From the NCBI GenBank assembly GCA_012295275.1, contig CM022670.1, forward strand, positions 30,194,001 through 30,258,000: a stretch of 64,000 nt of DNA. Reading direction: 5' to 3'. The DNA is from Chrysomallon squamiferum (lineage: Eukaryota; Animalia; Mollusca). The position numbers and the translations under genes were made by a program. Below are positions 42,314-53,756 of this stretch, piece after piece; the first letter of the stretch is position 1; each line of letters starts with the position of its first letter. Under the pieces are notes generated by a model. That model had not been told where the DNA came from and ran no database searches. It saw only the letters and a program-made list of their open reading frames with translations.

Positions 42314-42587
42314 ATCAATATACATGTATGTAACAATACAGCATGAATAAACTGTTTTCAAGCGTACTTGTAAGTTTTTTTAAAAGCAACTATATAAAAA
42401 AAATCATAATAATAAGGTGCCATTTTTTTCCAAATCTGCACAGTGCCATTTTTTCCACACCCAGTCCTATATACATGTAATATTTTCAACTCTGAGTCAG
42501 AACAGGATGTTGGTTCCTGGCCATGAACCAGAAGGCAGAGGAAGGACTATCCATTAAAATTATAATCCTACCTATCAAAACACACAT

Positions 42588-42620
<33 letters not shown>

Positions 42621-44857
42621 CATTCATACATATCAATAAACATCCACATATTGTTACATAATCAACAAAACAAAACAAAATATATATATATCAACATATA
42701 TAAATACAGATTTTATCTTTTTCCTGATATAACTGACTAGTATAGGTATTTCTCAGGTATATCTGCACTGAAACTAAGTCAAGGACTATCATATATAGTT
42801 ATTAAAACTATCATAAAATAGTATAATAGACTCTATAGAGAAACTGAAAATAAACATAGTTGTGTGCTATAATATATCAGCATGATGATCAGAAACTACT
42901 AAATGGCATCCTTAATACTAACACTATCAAATACATATGTTTTTATGTAATGAAGTGAAGAAAAAGAAGTAAAAAATAAAAAGAAGATAAATTTTATTAA
43001 AAAACAGTAGTAAATATAATTACTAATTTGTCAAATACACAGTTACTTTTCTCGTGGTTTGCATAAATGCAGTGGGGTAAAACCATACAGCTATCTTGAG
43101 AAATGTTTTAATAAATTCAATGGTAAAATTATATCTCATGAATAAAATGAATATCAGATCTGTAAATACCAAAAAAATATAATAATAAAAGATAGAGAGA
43201 GAAAAACATGAAAATTTAATTATCATAATATTCACATAATTTATCATTTTTAATAAACAGGAAGATGTGTAATGCAACATTCTAAAATGGACTGAGATGA
43301 AAGAAAAAAAATGTATCCAAGTGTCATACATGAATTGGCTAATAGCAAGAGATTTAGTCAACTCTCTAGCATCACTTCCACCTTGCACAAATAGTGCAGG
43401 CTGTGGATTCGTGATCACATATATATGTATTTGTCTCCAATGTTTGTGTGTTGTGAAATTTTAAATATTACTTGTTTCTTTATACACATGAGCTGGTGAA
43501 CTCAGCAAGCTGGGCAGCTGTGGTTCTAACAAACAGACTGAGACCACAGATACTCTGCTACTCAAATAATCAACATGGCTCAGTCATGGACACAAAATTT
43601 TGCCAAGGTCAAAGCATCAGGTCAGAGTGTTCTGCAACAAACACTGCTAAATAAAGATCAAACTTTTTATTTAAACATTTTTTCATTAAATAAAGATTTA
43701 TAAAATATTATTAATCTGTCAAAGATTTTTATTCTTGAGTAACTGATTAATTATTTGTCATTTTTAATGTCTTTTTAATATTTTCAGTTTGAATATATAT
43801 ATAAATTTTTATTATTATTTTGTACCTGGAAATAGAAAAAATCAAAAAATCAAAAATTTAATACTTCCATGATTTTGGTACTCATTTATTGATTTAAGCA
43901 TTTATTTATTTTATTTTATTTTATTTTTTAAAATCTATAAGATGTAGGCATATTAAATATGCCTGTATCTTAAAGATTTTAATATAAATATATTAAAATA
44001 AAATGTTATTAATTTTGGTTTTGTTACCATAATAGAATTTTGATAAATGCTACAAGATTATAGTCTACAGTGATTATTTTATGATGATTTTAATTTAACA
44101 TATTTTAAAATATAATCAGCAAAGCTAATTTATAATTTAGATGTTTTTGTAAAAACTAATTTATTGTAATAAAAAAAAATGTATTATTTAATTTTATTTT
44201 ATTTATTTTTAATTTTTTATTTATTTTTTTTTTGCTTGTTTTTATGTTGTTTTGTTTTTTGTAATAAAAATCTTCTTTAAAAAGGGATAAATATGACTTT
44301 CTAAAAATAAACAATATAATTTCATATTTATATATAGCCTGAGCCAAGCTTTGACAGCAAACTACAGACACACAATCCACAATATATCTCAGACGCATGT
44401 AATATGATGGTTGTCATTATAACTGATGTCATAGATCAATACAAAAATGTACAAATACCAAATAGATATTCCATGCTTTGATTAGTAGTTAATAATGGCT
44501 TGAAAAGCAATTATCAGAAGCTTGGTGGCAAAATAAAAAAATATTGGTTATTTATTAATTACACACAAAACAAATATCTTGACCAAAAACATACAAAAAT
44601 TAAACACTTGAGGATAGGTTTCAATGATTATCAAAGCAAATTATTTTTATATATTTTTTTTTATTTTTTTACTTTTTTATTTTTTTTTATTTTTTTTTAT
44701 GTTATTATTATTATTATTTTTTTATTTTATTTAGTTTTATTATCTTTCTAGATGTGAATTAAAATTATTTCCAAAACTGAATGGATAATGCTTATGATAA
44801 TATATTTGAGTTAATATTATTGCTGTGTTGTGTAAGTGTGTTTCTGTATCCACATAT

Positions 44858-44877
44858 ATAGATAGATAGATAGATAG

Positions 44878-44914
<37 letters not shown>
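44858..44914. repeat. (GATA)n(CA)n compound microsatellite
   Basis: Visible directly. Confidence 0.93.
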
Positions 44915-44918
<4 letters not shown>

Positions 44919-44935
44919 AAAAATATGTAATGATA

Positions 44936-45680
44936 CAGTGGTACTTTGACTTATGAGTGCACCAGGTTATGAGTTTTCCAAGTTATCAGCAGTTGACCAA
45001 CCTATCTTTTGATTTGAGTTGCAAGCAAAAATCCAAGTTATGAGCAAGCTTCAGATACACCACACAACAAACAACACAACATCCACCAAGCATCCCGCAT
45101 CTCACTCATTTCTAGCACTTGGTTACCGTACTGTGGAAACATCTCTGTTGTGTTGTGCTCGCATTTTGTGCAGTATTTTGCCAAATTTGTTTTTTCTGAC
45201 CATGGATCCTAAGAAAGTAAGTGCAAAGGACAGTGCTGAGAAGAAGAAGTGGATGATGTCCATTGAATTAAAGCTTGAATTCATAGAAAAACATGAGCGA
45301 GGTGTGCATCTAGTGACTGGGTTAGGCAGTACAAATATAGTATTTCCACAATATGTTCAATACTGAAGCTGAAGGAGTTGATAAAGGCTGTTACTCCAGC
45401 CAAAGGTGTTAAAATAGTTTGTCTGATTTCCAAGATAAATACACTTTACAAAACCAATTTATTTCTTTACATTCTCTTTTATTTTGTTTTTATAAAATAT
45501 TTGTCATTTATAAATGCATTTTTCTTACATAAAAACAGAATTTTTTTTTTTTTAAAATGGTGTAGTTTTTGGGGAACAGATTAATGGTATTTCAATTAAT
45601 CCAAGTTGGGAAAATATGACCAAATTGAGATACGAGCTCGGTCATGGAATGAATTAAACTTGTAAATGAAAGTACCACTG
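44936..45680 (+). mobile_element. Tigger/pogo non-autonomous derivative, copy B
   Basis: TA|CAGTGGTACTTTGACTTATGAG ... AAGTACCACTG|TA. Encodes MDPKKVSAKDSAEKKKWMMSIELKLEFIEKHERGV (HTH N-terminus only). Confidence 0.92.
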
Positions 45681-47589
45681 TATATTTGTTTTAATATATT
45701 TACTATAAATCAGTATTTATTGATTTTTCCACCAACTGAAGCTTCTGATAATTGCTTTTACATTTATTTTAAAAATTATATCAAATTTAGTAAGTAGTAT
45801 TTGAATAATGCATTACTCTGTTATTCAGCTACAAATATATTTTTTAACTACAGCTTAATTGTGAAACTGGTATAAAAATATATTCAGTTCTATTTTATTT
45901 TAACATTTGTCATTATCAACTTCAGTTATTCACATAAATAGTAGATTTCATGTTGTTGCTATTTACATAACAACTATAAACCTCAATGGAATATTCCTAT
46001 GCTTGCATAAAATAAAAATCTGTATTGAATATGAAACCAGCTTTTCATGTGTCAGCTATATGGTACAGGTTAGTATCTATGTCAGTGTAATATTCTAATA
46101 GTACAACAAAAAAAATCCATATAACAATAAATGTAGCTTCAACTAACTAATACTTATCAAACAAGGTTTATCTGAGTTAAAATATGATGAAAATTTGCAT
46201 TTAAAATAATCAGAAACAGCAATCAGGAATACATGCATATTAAACAATAATTTAACAGTGGAATGTTTATGCACAGACAAAATATTCATATAAAATTATT
46301 AACACAGAAAATCAGATAAAATCCCTACAAACTTACCTGTAATAAAAGTAGTCTCCAAATTTCCAGGTAAGTCAGTTAAAAACATAAGTACTAGTTACCT
46401 CTGAATGAAACAATGAAAAATAAAGCACAACAACAACGCCAACACAACACAATCCTTGTTGATAATGTCTCCCAACAGCTCTTATGACCCAGTTGACACA
46501 GGTGAGTTAGTCCCCCAAAACACCTGATCTACCTGGATTTAGAAGCAACTAACATCCATTAGACTGGCATCTACAAAACAATGTGGGAATCTTTAGATAT
46601 CCTGTGGCCATGTTTGTTAATTATTGTTATCTAGTCACACTGGACTGATGTAGCAGTGTTGTTGATTGGGCAGCTGTGTTCAAAGGCTTAGTACCTGGTG
46701 GTGAAGTTGTTGCTGACCTAGAAAGCCAATCTGTTGGCTACATTTGGCAGACGCAATAGACTGACGTCCCAGACACACACGACTGAGCAAACAAGCAATG
46801 GCTGTTCTGCTTTTTTGACATTTGTCAAGCAACTGCATTATTTCACAGTTGCCTGGTGAATGTGACATAAAATAAAGGAACAGTTTAATTTGTTCATACA
46901 CATGAAAAAAGATGAGGTATTATAGAGTAGATTTCATTTTTTTAAATTTGAAATTAAGAAAAAAGGAAGTGGATGATAAATGAAAAGATAATAAACAGGT
47001 AAACTTAACTTTTATTACATTTGAAGAAAACCAAAATATGGAAATTTTTATTTAAATTAAAAAAAAAAAAAAAAAAAAATTAAAAAATGATTTCTAAAAT
47101 AATGGGTTTTACATAACTATCTTAAATTTATATACCTATAAAATTAGTTAATTTTTTAAACAAATATGCATCAATATACAAATTGCTTTAAAATAGTTTA
47201 ATTTTTATTCATGTTATTTCTAGTAGGAATTGTGCAAAAATGGTTAGATGGACAATCAATGATGACGAACTGATGAATAAATGGATGAATAGAACAACAG
47301 GAATACAATGATCACCATGTTCTAATATGAACAACAAACTAAATTAATGTGTGGCTATGCCCACAAACTGGTTTAAGTGGTTAATACTATATAAAAGTAT
47401 TAAGTGGTGGAACTAGCATCTGGTATGTGTGGATTGAGAGTTGTAAGGGCTTAGTCCCATATGGTAGAATCCTATTTCGTAGAAAGGCTAAATGTGGTTC
47501 AGTGGTCTTATTGACATGCTTGGTTTTACCTCAGTCATTATAATGAACTGCTCCAGATTATTTGGAAAGCAATTATTATTGTATAAATA

Positions 47590-48254
47590 CAGTAATATCT
47601 TGCTTAATGATATCACGCTTTAACAATCTTTCTTCTTTACAAATTATATAAATAGAAATTTAATTTAATAGTTAATTGCTCGAAATAAATGATACAAATG
47701 TATATAATGCATGTTTTGAAGTCCGTTTTCTTTAATTTTTCATTCATTCACGAGCTTCTCTCAGCTGTGTTGATCAGTTGATATGTCATACGTGCATCTG
47801 ATATTCTGATTCTCTTTTGTTTTCTGCTTCGATTTAGACTTAAACTCGTTTGTAATTTACCCTTCCAATATGTCAAAACGAATAACACGATACCGGCAAA
47901 TGCTGATGATTAAAAGAAACGGAAGACAATAACTTTGGAAACAAAATACATTATCTTAAATGAAACCAAACCCACAATGAGCGGCATATAATTATTTCTT
48001 AATGTATTTGTATAAATTGATTTGTAAATGATTTACTGTTCACTTAATAACTACAGTCTATTAAATCATTTATGTCTAAACTGCCATTTTATTTCTCCTT
48101 ATTTCACCTTTTTTTTTATGTCAGATCTCATCAGCAAGAAAGTAACCACTGCTTTTAACCTTAATTCTATGTAAATTAGTCTCTCGCTTAACGATACCTC
48201 ACTTCACTATAGAAAATTTGGAACCAATTACATCTTTAATCTGAGGTATTATTG
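47590..48254. mobile_element. TA-flanked MITE embedded in the MULE arm (longest copy, 665 bp)
   Basis: TA|CAGTAATATCTTGCTTAATGAT ... ATCTTTAATCTGAGGTATTATTG|TA, with subterminal CTTAACGATACCTCACTT repeats. Confidence 0.72.
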
Positions 48255-48389
48255 TAGTATGGATATCGCTTATCACATAAAGTATGCAAATATGACAAAT
48301 ATCGAAATAATCCATGTATCGAATGTAGTGAATATAAATAATTAAAAAAGAAGGTATTCATCTAAACAAATTTATTTTCCAAAAAGCTA

Positions 48390-49757
48390 TCAATGCAACT
48401 TCATGAGGTGACCAACGGCGTCCAGGTACTGCATGGGTGTCTTGATTCTGTCAGTCAGCTGCTGCTTGAGTCGACTGACTCTGTTGTCAAGATCACGATA
48501 GACTCTCTTCCTTGGTGGTGGCGCAGCCCCAGCATTTACTGCACCAGTTTCGCTCTTTCGCATTTCTCAATGCCCTTTATCAAATCAACAAATCTGTAGA
48601 TGTTCGGATGTCAATGAGGAAGCATCCTGTTGACCCGCGAATGGAAGCCTTCCAGATTGTTGTTCGTTCTTGGGTCAGCATTGGTGAAATGATTCCACGT
48701 GACAAGAGGAAATCGTGCATCATCATCCACCCATGTTTTCACTATGTAATTGCTGAATTCTGCAGCTCTGGGTACTGCTGGGGTGGTTTCCATTGCATCC
48801 AACCATGTGTTCTGGATCTCGATGATCGGAAGTAGTGGCAGACCAGCAGCTCTTCTCATCCAGGTTTTCACGGCATTATCGTTCTTATACTGTTTGGCTA
48901 GGCCTATCTGTTGGGTCTTGCGCCAAATGGCCTGCGTGTAGTGGAACATGCAGCCTTTGATATCTGCATTAGGAAACGACTGTTCCACTGCACGGATAGC
49001 TGCCATTTCAAAGTCTCTTTGTACACATGTGGGATCCAATACTCGACTGAACAGGTGCTGAACGTGGGTCTTCAGGTTCTCAAACAGACGGACGCAGTTG
49101 GTAGTCTGTCGGTCTGGAAGCAAGGCATACACCAGTGGGTAGGTCGTGTCATCTTTACGAGCATGCAGAATGTAGAGTTGGTTCCAGAGATGTGGACAGC
49201 AGGAGAATGTACCATCCATATAGATTTTGTCCGCTTCTTGGAGAAGCCTCAGTTGATTTTCTGTAGAGAAGACAACCATCTTATCTGCGTCACCATCACT
49301 GAATAGCAAAAATCTCTTGCCGTCATGTGTTTGCGACCAGGGACCCTGCAGATCGACGTCTTGGAATGTCTGTGGGAGAGTAGGCATCATGCACCGTCGC
49401 TGTCGATACATTGAACTCTTGAGGCTGGGAAAAGTGGGGATTTCAGGGATGTCTTCATCATCTTCCTTCATTAGCTCGGAATTGAAGATCTGTTGCATAG
49501 GTGTTGTTTCGGATTGTGCTCTCCTTCTCATTGTACTAATGAACTTGATGGTTGTTGCATTATTTGGACAATGGTTATGACCGAAGCTGTTTTTAACAAA
49601 ACCAGCAACTGTGGTGATTTTGCCGACACATTTTGGTGCATCTCCAGTACTGGGTTTCTTCGTTAATACGATTTTGACTGTACGTATAACCATCTAACAG
49701 AATGTGGTGTTTTCCATGACTTGACAGTACAAATTCTACCTTGCGTAAACCTGCCAT
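48390..49757 (-). pseudogene. FLYWCH zinc finger plus MULE DDE transposase (~455 aa reconstructed), disrupted
   Basis: MAGLRKVEFVLSSHGKHHILLDGYTY..YWRC..C..HNH (FLYWCH-like), then YMDGTF, PLVYALLP, DFEMAA, KGCMFHYTQAIWR and RTNNNLEGFH. Frameshift near 49632, premature TGA at 48611-48613, and a 1-bp deletion near 48538; true C-terminus ..MQYLDAVGHLMKLH*. Confidence 0.95.
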
Positions 49758-50967
49758 TGTCTCTAAGTTAGCTGAATCTATATAATGTCTGTCCTGTACG
49801 AGCGTAAAACTGATCTTCTCCAACCAAAACGCAACCTCTCCTTTTATTGCCTAGAAAAGACCACTTAGGGGTCTCTTTAACATTCCTGTCCAGGGAGTGG
49901 TGCCAAGATTGTTTGGAACTTTAGCAGACACGCAGGCGACAGAGGGTCCCCCAAAACAACATTTCGCCATCAATTACCTATTAAGATGAGACTGTTGTCT
50001 CTGTGACACTTGGCTTATATAATTCTTAAGAGAAGACAGGTTGTCTCAGTCACAATACTCCAGAGGCCATGGAGAACATATATTTGTAAATAAACCATTG
50101 TCCACCTGTAATGAAAGTTTTATAAACAGTTTTATTCACAAAACACCATGGAGTCTACTTCCCATTACTCTGTCTTCATTCTGCAGTGATAACATTACAG
50201 CAAGAAGCGATTCAGGTTTGAAACGAACAATGTGCAGACATTGTTATATAATGGCAGGACACGTAAAATAATAACTGGTATCACACACAACTTTATTCCA
50301 TATCACAAATATTAACAATACCTCTTTCATCTCGATTCAGATAATCGTGTGTTCCTGCATGATGAATAAATCCAAGTGCAAATATTAAAATAAAACTGTC
50401 CAGGCCTAAGGACAACGTGTTTAGTACAAAAAATAAAAAATAAATAAAACTAAAAAAATAATAATAAAAAAAAGTATTCCCAATGATTTGGTCCTTCATA
50501 TAAATGTTTTCAGTCATAGCTAAAGTATTTGCAGTTCATAATATATTTAGTATACATACTATTAATATACTATGTCACATATATTGTATAATATGTGCAC
50601 AATGTGAATATGTATGTGTGCATAACGTAAATATGATCAGTAACAGATATCTTGAACATGTTTAAGTTGAATATGGTTGAATTCGAACAGTTAATGATAG
50701 ATGTAACGTTCACATATTCTATTTACTGAATATAAGTAAATTACTCGTATGTAAAATATGTTAGTTATTTATAATATTTTTGTCGTTTTCTTTTACAGAA
50801 GCAAGCCATAAGCATTAATAAAAACACATCGTGCCGCTTTTTACTTTTCTTTTATTTATTTATTATTTTTGTTAATAGATAGATGAAATTGATGTAAAAT
50901 TGTTTATTACTGGTCGCTTGTTTTGTAACGGAAAGGAAATGTTTATGAATTAGAAATGACCACCTTA

Positions 50968-51010
<43 letters not shown>

Positions 51011-52223
51011 GTAATTATAATAAGAAGAATAACAAGAATAACAATAATAATAATAATAACAACAATAATAATAGTAATAATATAATAATAATAATGTTGA
51101 TGATGATAATTATGATGATGATAATGAGAAGGAGGAAGATGATGAAATAATGAAAAAGTAACAAATCAACAACAAATGAGTTGTGAATGCTTATTCTGCT
51201 TTTGGTTGATGTTACATAATCGATTTAGGAACAATGCGCTCCCCCTCTGAATGTTAGAAAGAAACCAGATGTATGCACAGGCCAACTTCATTATATACAG
51301 AGGTAATCAGGTATTGCGGTAAACCAGCTTTTTCTATGAAATGGGAATTATACGAACTGGGAATTCTACCAAATGGGAAGACACCTTTGTAAGAATTGAT
51401 AGTTGTAAGAAATACCACATTACAAGTGTCTGATCAACTGATTGCACTTCTACACGACTTTTGTTTCATTCTGACCTCCCCAGGAGCAGTTAAAAACAAA
51501 CAACAATGACATTAGCTTTCACATCTCTTCCAGTGAAAATGTCTTGGTGCACGGTTGTCAGGAGTAAAATACAACTGACTTGCATTTTGAGAACAAAAAC
51601 AAAACTTTTTGATGTTTGTTTAACAGTATCAGTCTGTTCTGAAAACACACACTTCTATAGCATATGTCTGGGGGGGGGGAATCAAAGAACAAAGGGAAAT
51701 AACTCCTAACATGACATATAGGATTAAGAAGAAAATTTCATTGAAGAGAAAACATTTTATAGTTGTCTTATTTTGTTTTCCTCAAACTGATCATTATTTT
51801 TGGTTTATTCATCATGCATACAACTCAACAATAAGAAATTAATTGCAATTTAATTTTTAGACATATCAGATCTGATTAATTATAACAAAGAATTTTTACA
51901 ACAATTGGAAAAAAAATATATTTGCAATTAATTTCATATATACATGAAAATATTCAACACCTTTAAAACATAAAAGATTACAGTTTGTTCAGAAGAATAC
52001 ATTTACTAATGTCCCACTCTGTCATATCTTTTAAACAACGAAAGAAGAGTGAGACACAAACTCTATATTTAAATAAAAGAATAATAAACCAACAAATATT
52101 GTTTTTATCTTATCGTGTACTTAGTTCCTTGAAAAGTACAGGACAAATTTATTAAAAGATACAAGTCAGTAAATATTTTTCTACATAAGCAGATTTGTTT
52201 CATGTGTGTGTGTGTATGTGTAT

Positions 52224-52226
<3 letters not shown>

Positions 52227-52281
<55 letters not shown>
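52227..52281. repeat. (GA)n microsatellite
   Basis: Pure ga run. Confidence 0.95.
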
Positions 52282-52282
<1 letters not shown>

Positions 52283-53713
52283 ATATTATTATATAAAATC
52301 ATCCAACTCAGGTAATCCCACTTTACCTATAATACTAAATGTGAAGTATGAAATAACAACCACATCTTATAAACCAGTATCAGTTATATATTTTTTCGCT
52401 TTCTTTCCTTTTTCATTTATTATTAGTAATAGTGGAGATACTAATAGCAGCAGTTGTAGTGTAGTGGAAGTAATAGCAGTTATAGTGTTGTTGTTATTAT
52501 CATTATTATTATCATATTGTTATTATTAGTAGTAGTAGTAGTACTAGTAGTAGTAATATTAGTTGCACAGTAGTAGCATTTATTTTATGCATTATCATTA
52601 ATAGGGTTCTATATTTATTCTATCTTCATAAAGCTTTCAGTATCATCACATAGAAATACCATATGACTTCAACATCCATGATGACTTTAATCTCAGTTAT
52701 CATTACTTTAATCTCTGATAGCATTATCGCATTCAATTTAATTTAGCAAAATACAATTTAGAGGTTACTAACAGGCAATCAATCGGCAGGCACAAAAATT
52801 AAAATGCTGCAAGGAGAAATGTTAATGGCCTTCAGTGAACAAAATAGCTCTAGAGAAAAACAATTCAAGCAGAATTGCATTGATGTCTTTTGTCTGACTG
52901 GCAGCCATCAGTTGTACATTGATCAAAATTAGGCATAAATCAAACCAGGTTTAACCAGACTTCATACAAAAAGTTTCAATATTCATCCCATCTAATTTAT
53001 GGGTTTATTAAGTGTATGTGTGTGTGTGTCTGCACATACACTTATGCATGTATGTAATAATGCAATATGTGTATTTTAAACAATGTGTATGTGTTTATAT
53101 ACACACACACACAGAAACACACAGACACACACACATTATGTGTTACCTATTTATCTAAAACAATTATCTGTGAGAAAATTAACAAATAACAGTAGGAAAA
53201 GGTTTGAAATAGTTTTAAAAAAATGACTTAAAATAAAATAAAACAAAATAAAATAAAATAGATAAATAAATAAATAAAGCAACTTAGAAATAAAATAATA
53301 AAGAAACAAAGACACAAAAGATGAACATTTAACAGATGTCAACATGATTAATTAATAAACTCTATCAATAAAAACCAAAGAAGAAAATACTACCAAAAAA
53401 CAAAAAAACAAAAACAAAGCAATATAAAGAAAGTTAACAAAAACTTGGATGGATATCTTAATCTAAATATAAATAATTTTTACATTCAGTTTTTTCCAAA
53501 CTTTTAAAATGAAATACTGTCTTTTTTCCACTAACTTTCTCTTTTTTATTTTAAACTATTTCTTTTCCCATTTTGTTTTCACACCATTTCTTTCCTTTAA
53601 AAAAGCATCAGAATATGTAGTAAAAAAAAAGTTAACCAAAAACTCTCAGAAAATAAATGGTGTGATAAGATTTGTTATGTTTAATAAACAGTAATGCTGT
53701 ATTCTTTATAAAA

Positions 53714-53752
<39 letters not shown>
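53714..53752. repeat. (CT)n(CA)n compound microsatellite
   Basis: Visible directly. Confidence 0.9.

Positions 53753-53756
<4 letters not shown>

Larger units (their letters stand above)
40266..42462. mobile_element. Mutator-like family-2 element enclosing an Academ fragment
   Basis: Ends GGTTGTAGAAAAAAAAAGCAC and GTGCCATTTTTTCCACACCC. Exact 8-bp TSD AGTCCTAT at 40258-40265 and 42463-42470. Same motifs as 14194-14521. Confidence 0.82.
47448..51385 (-). mobile_element. FLYWCH/MULE (Phantom-like Mutator) DNA transposon, near full-length copy 2 (~3.9 kb)
   Basis: Ends GGCTTAGTCCCATATGGTAGAAT and GGGAATTCTACCAAATGGGAAGACACC. TSD GTTGTAAG / TTTGTAAG (7/8). Contains the complete transposase region. 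Confidence 0.95.

Noticed and set aside
48393-49580. Plus-strand ORFs overlapping the MULE transposase (also 6543, 7317)
   Set aside because: Antisense shadow frames with no independent motif.
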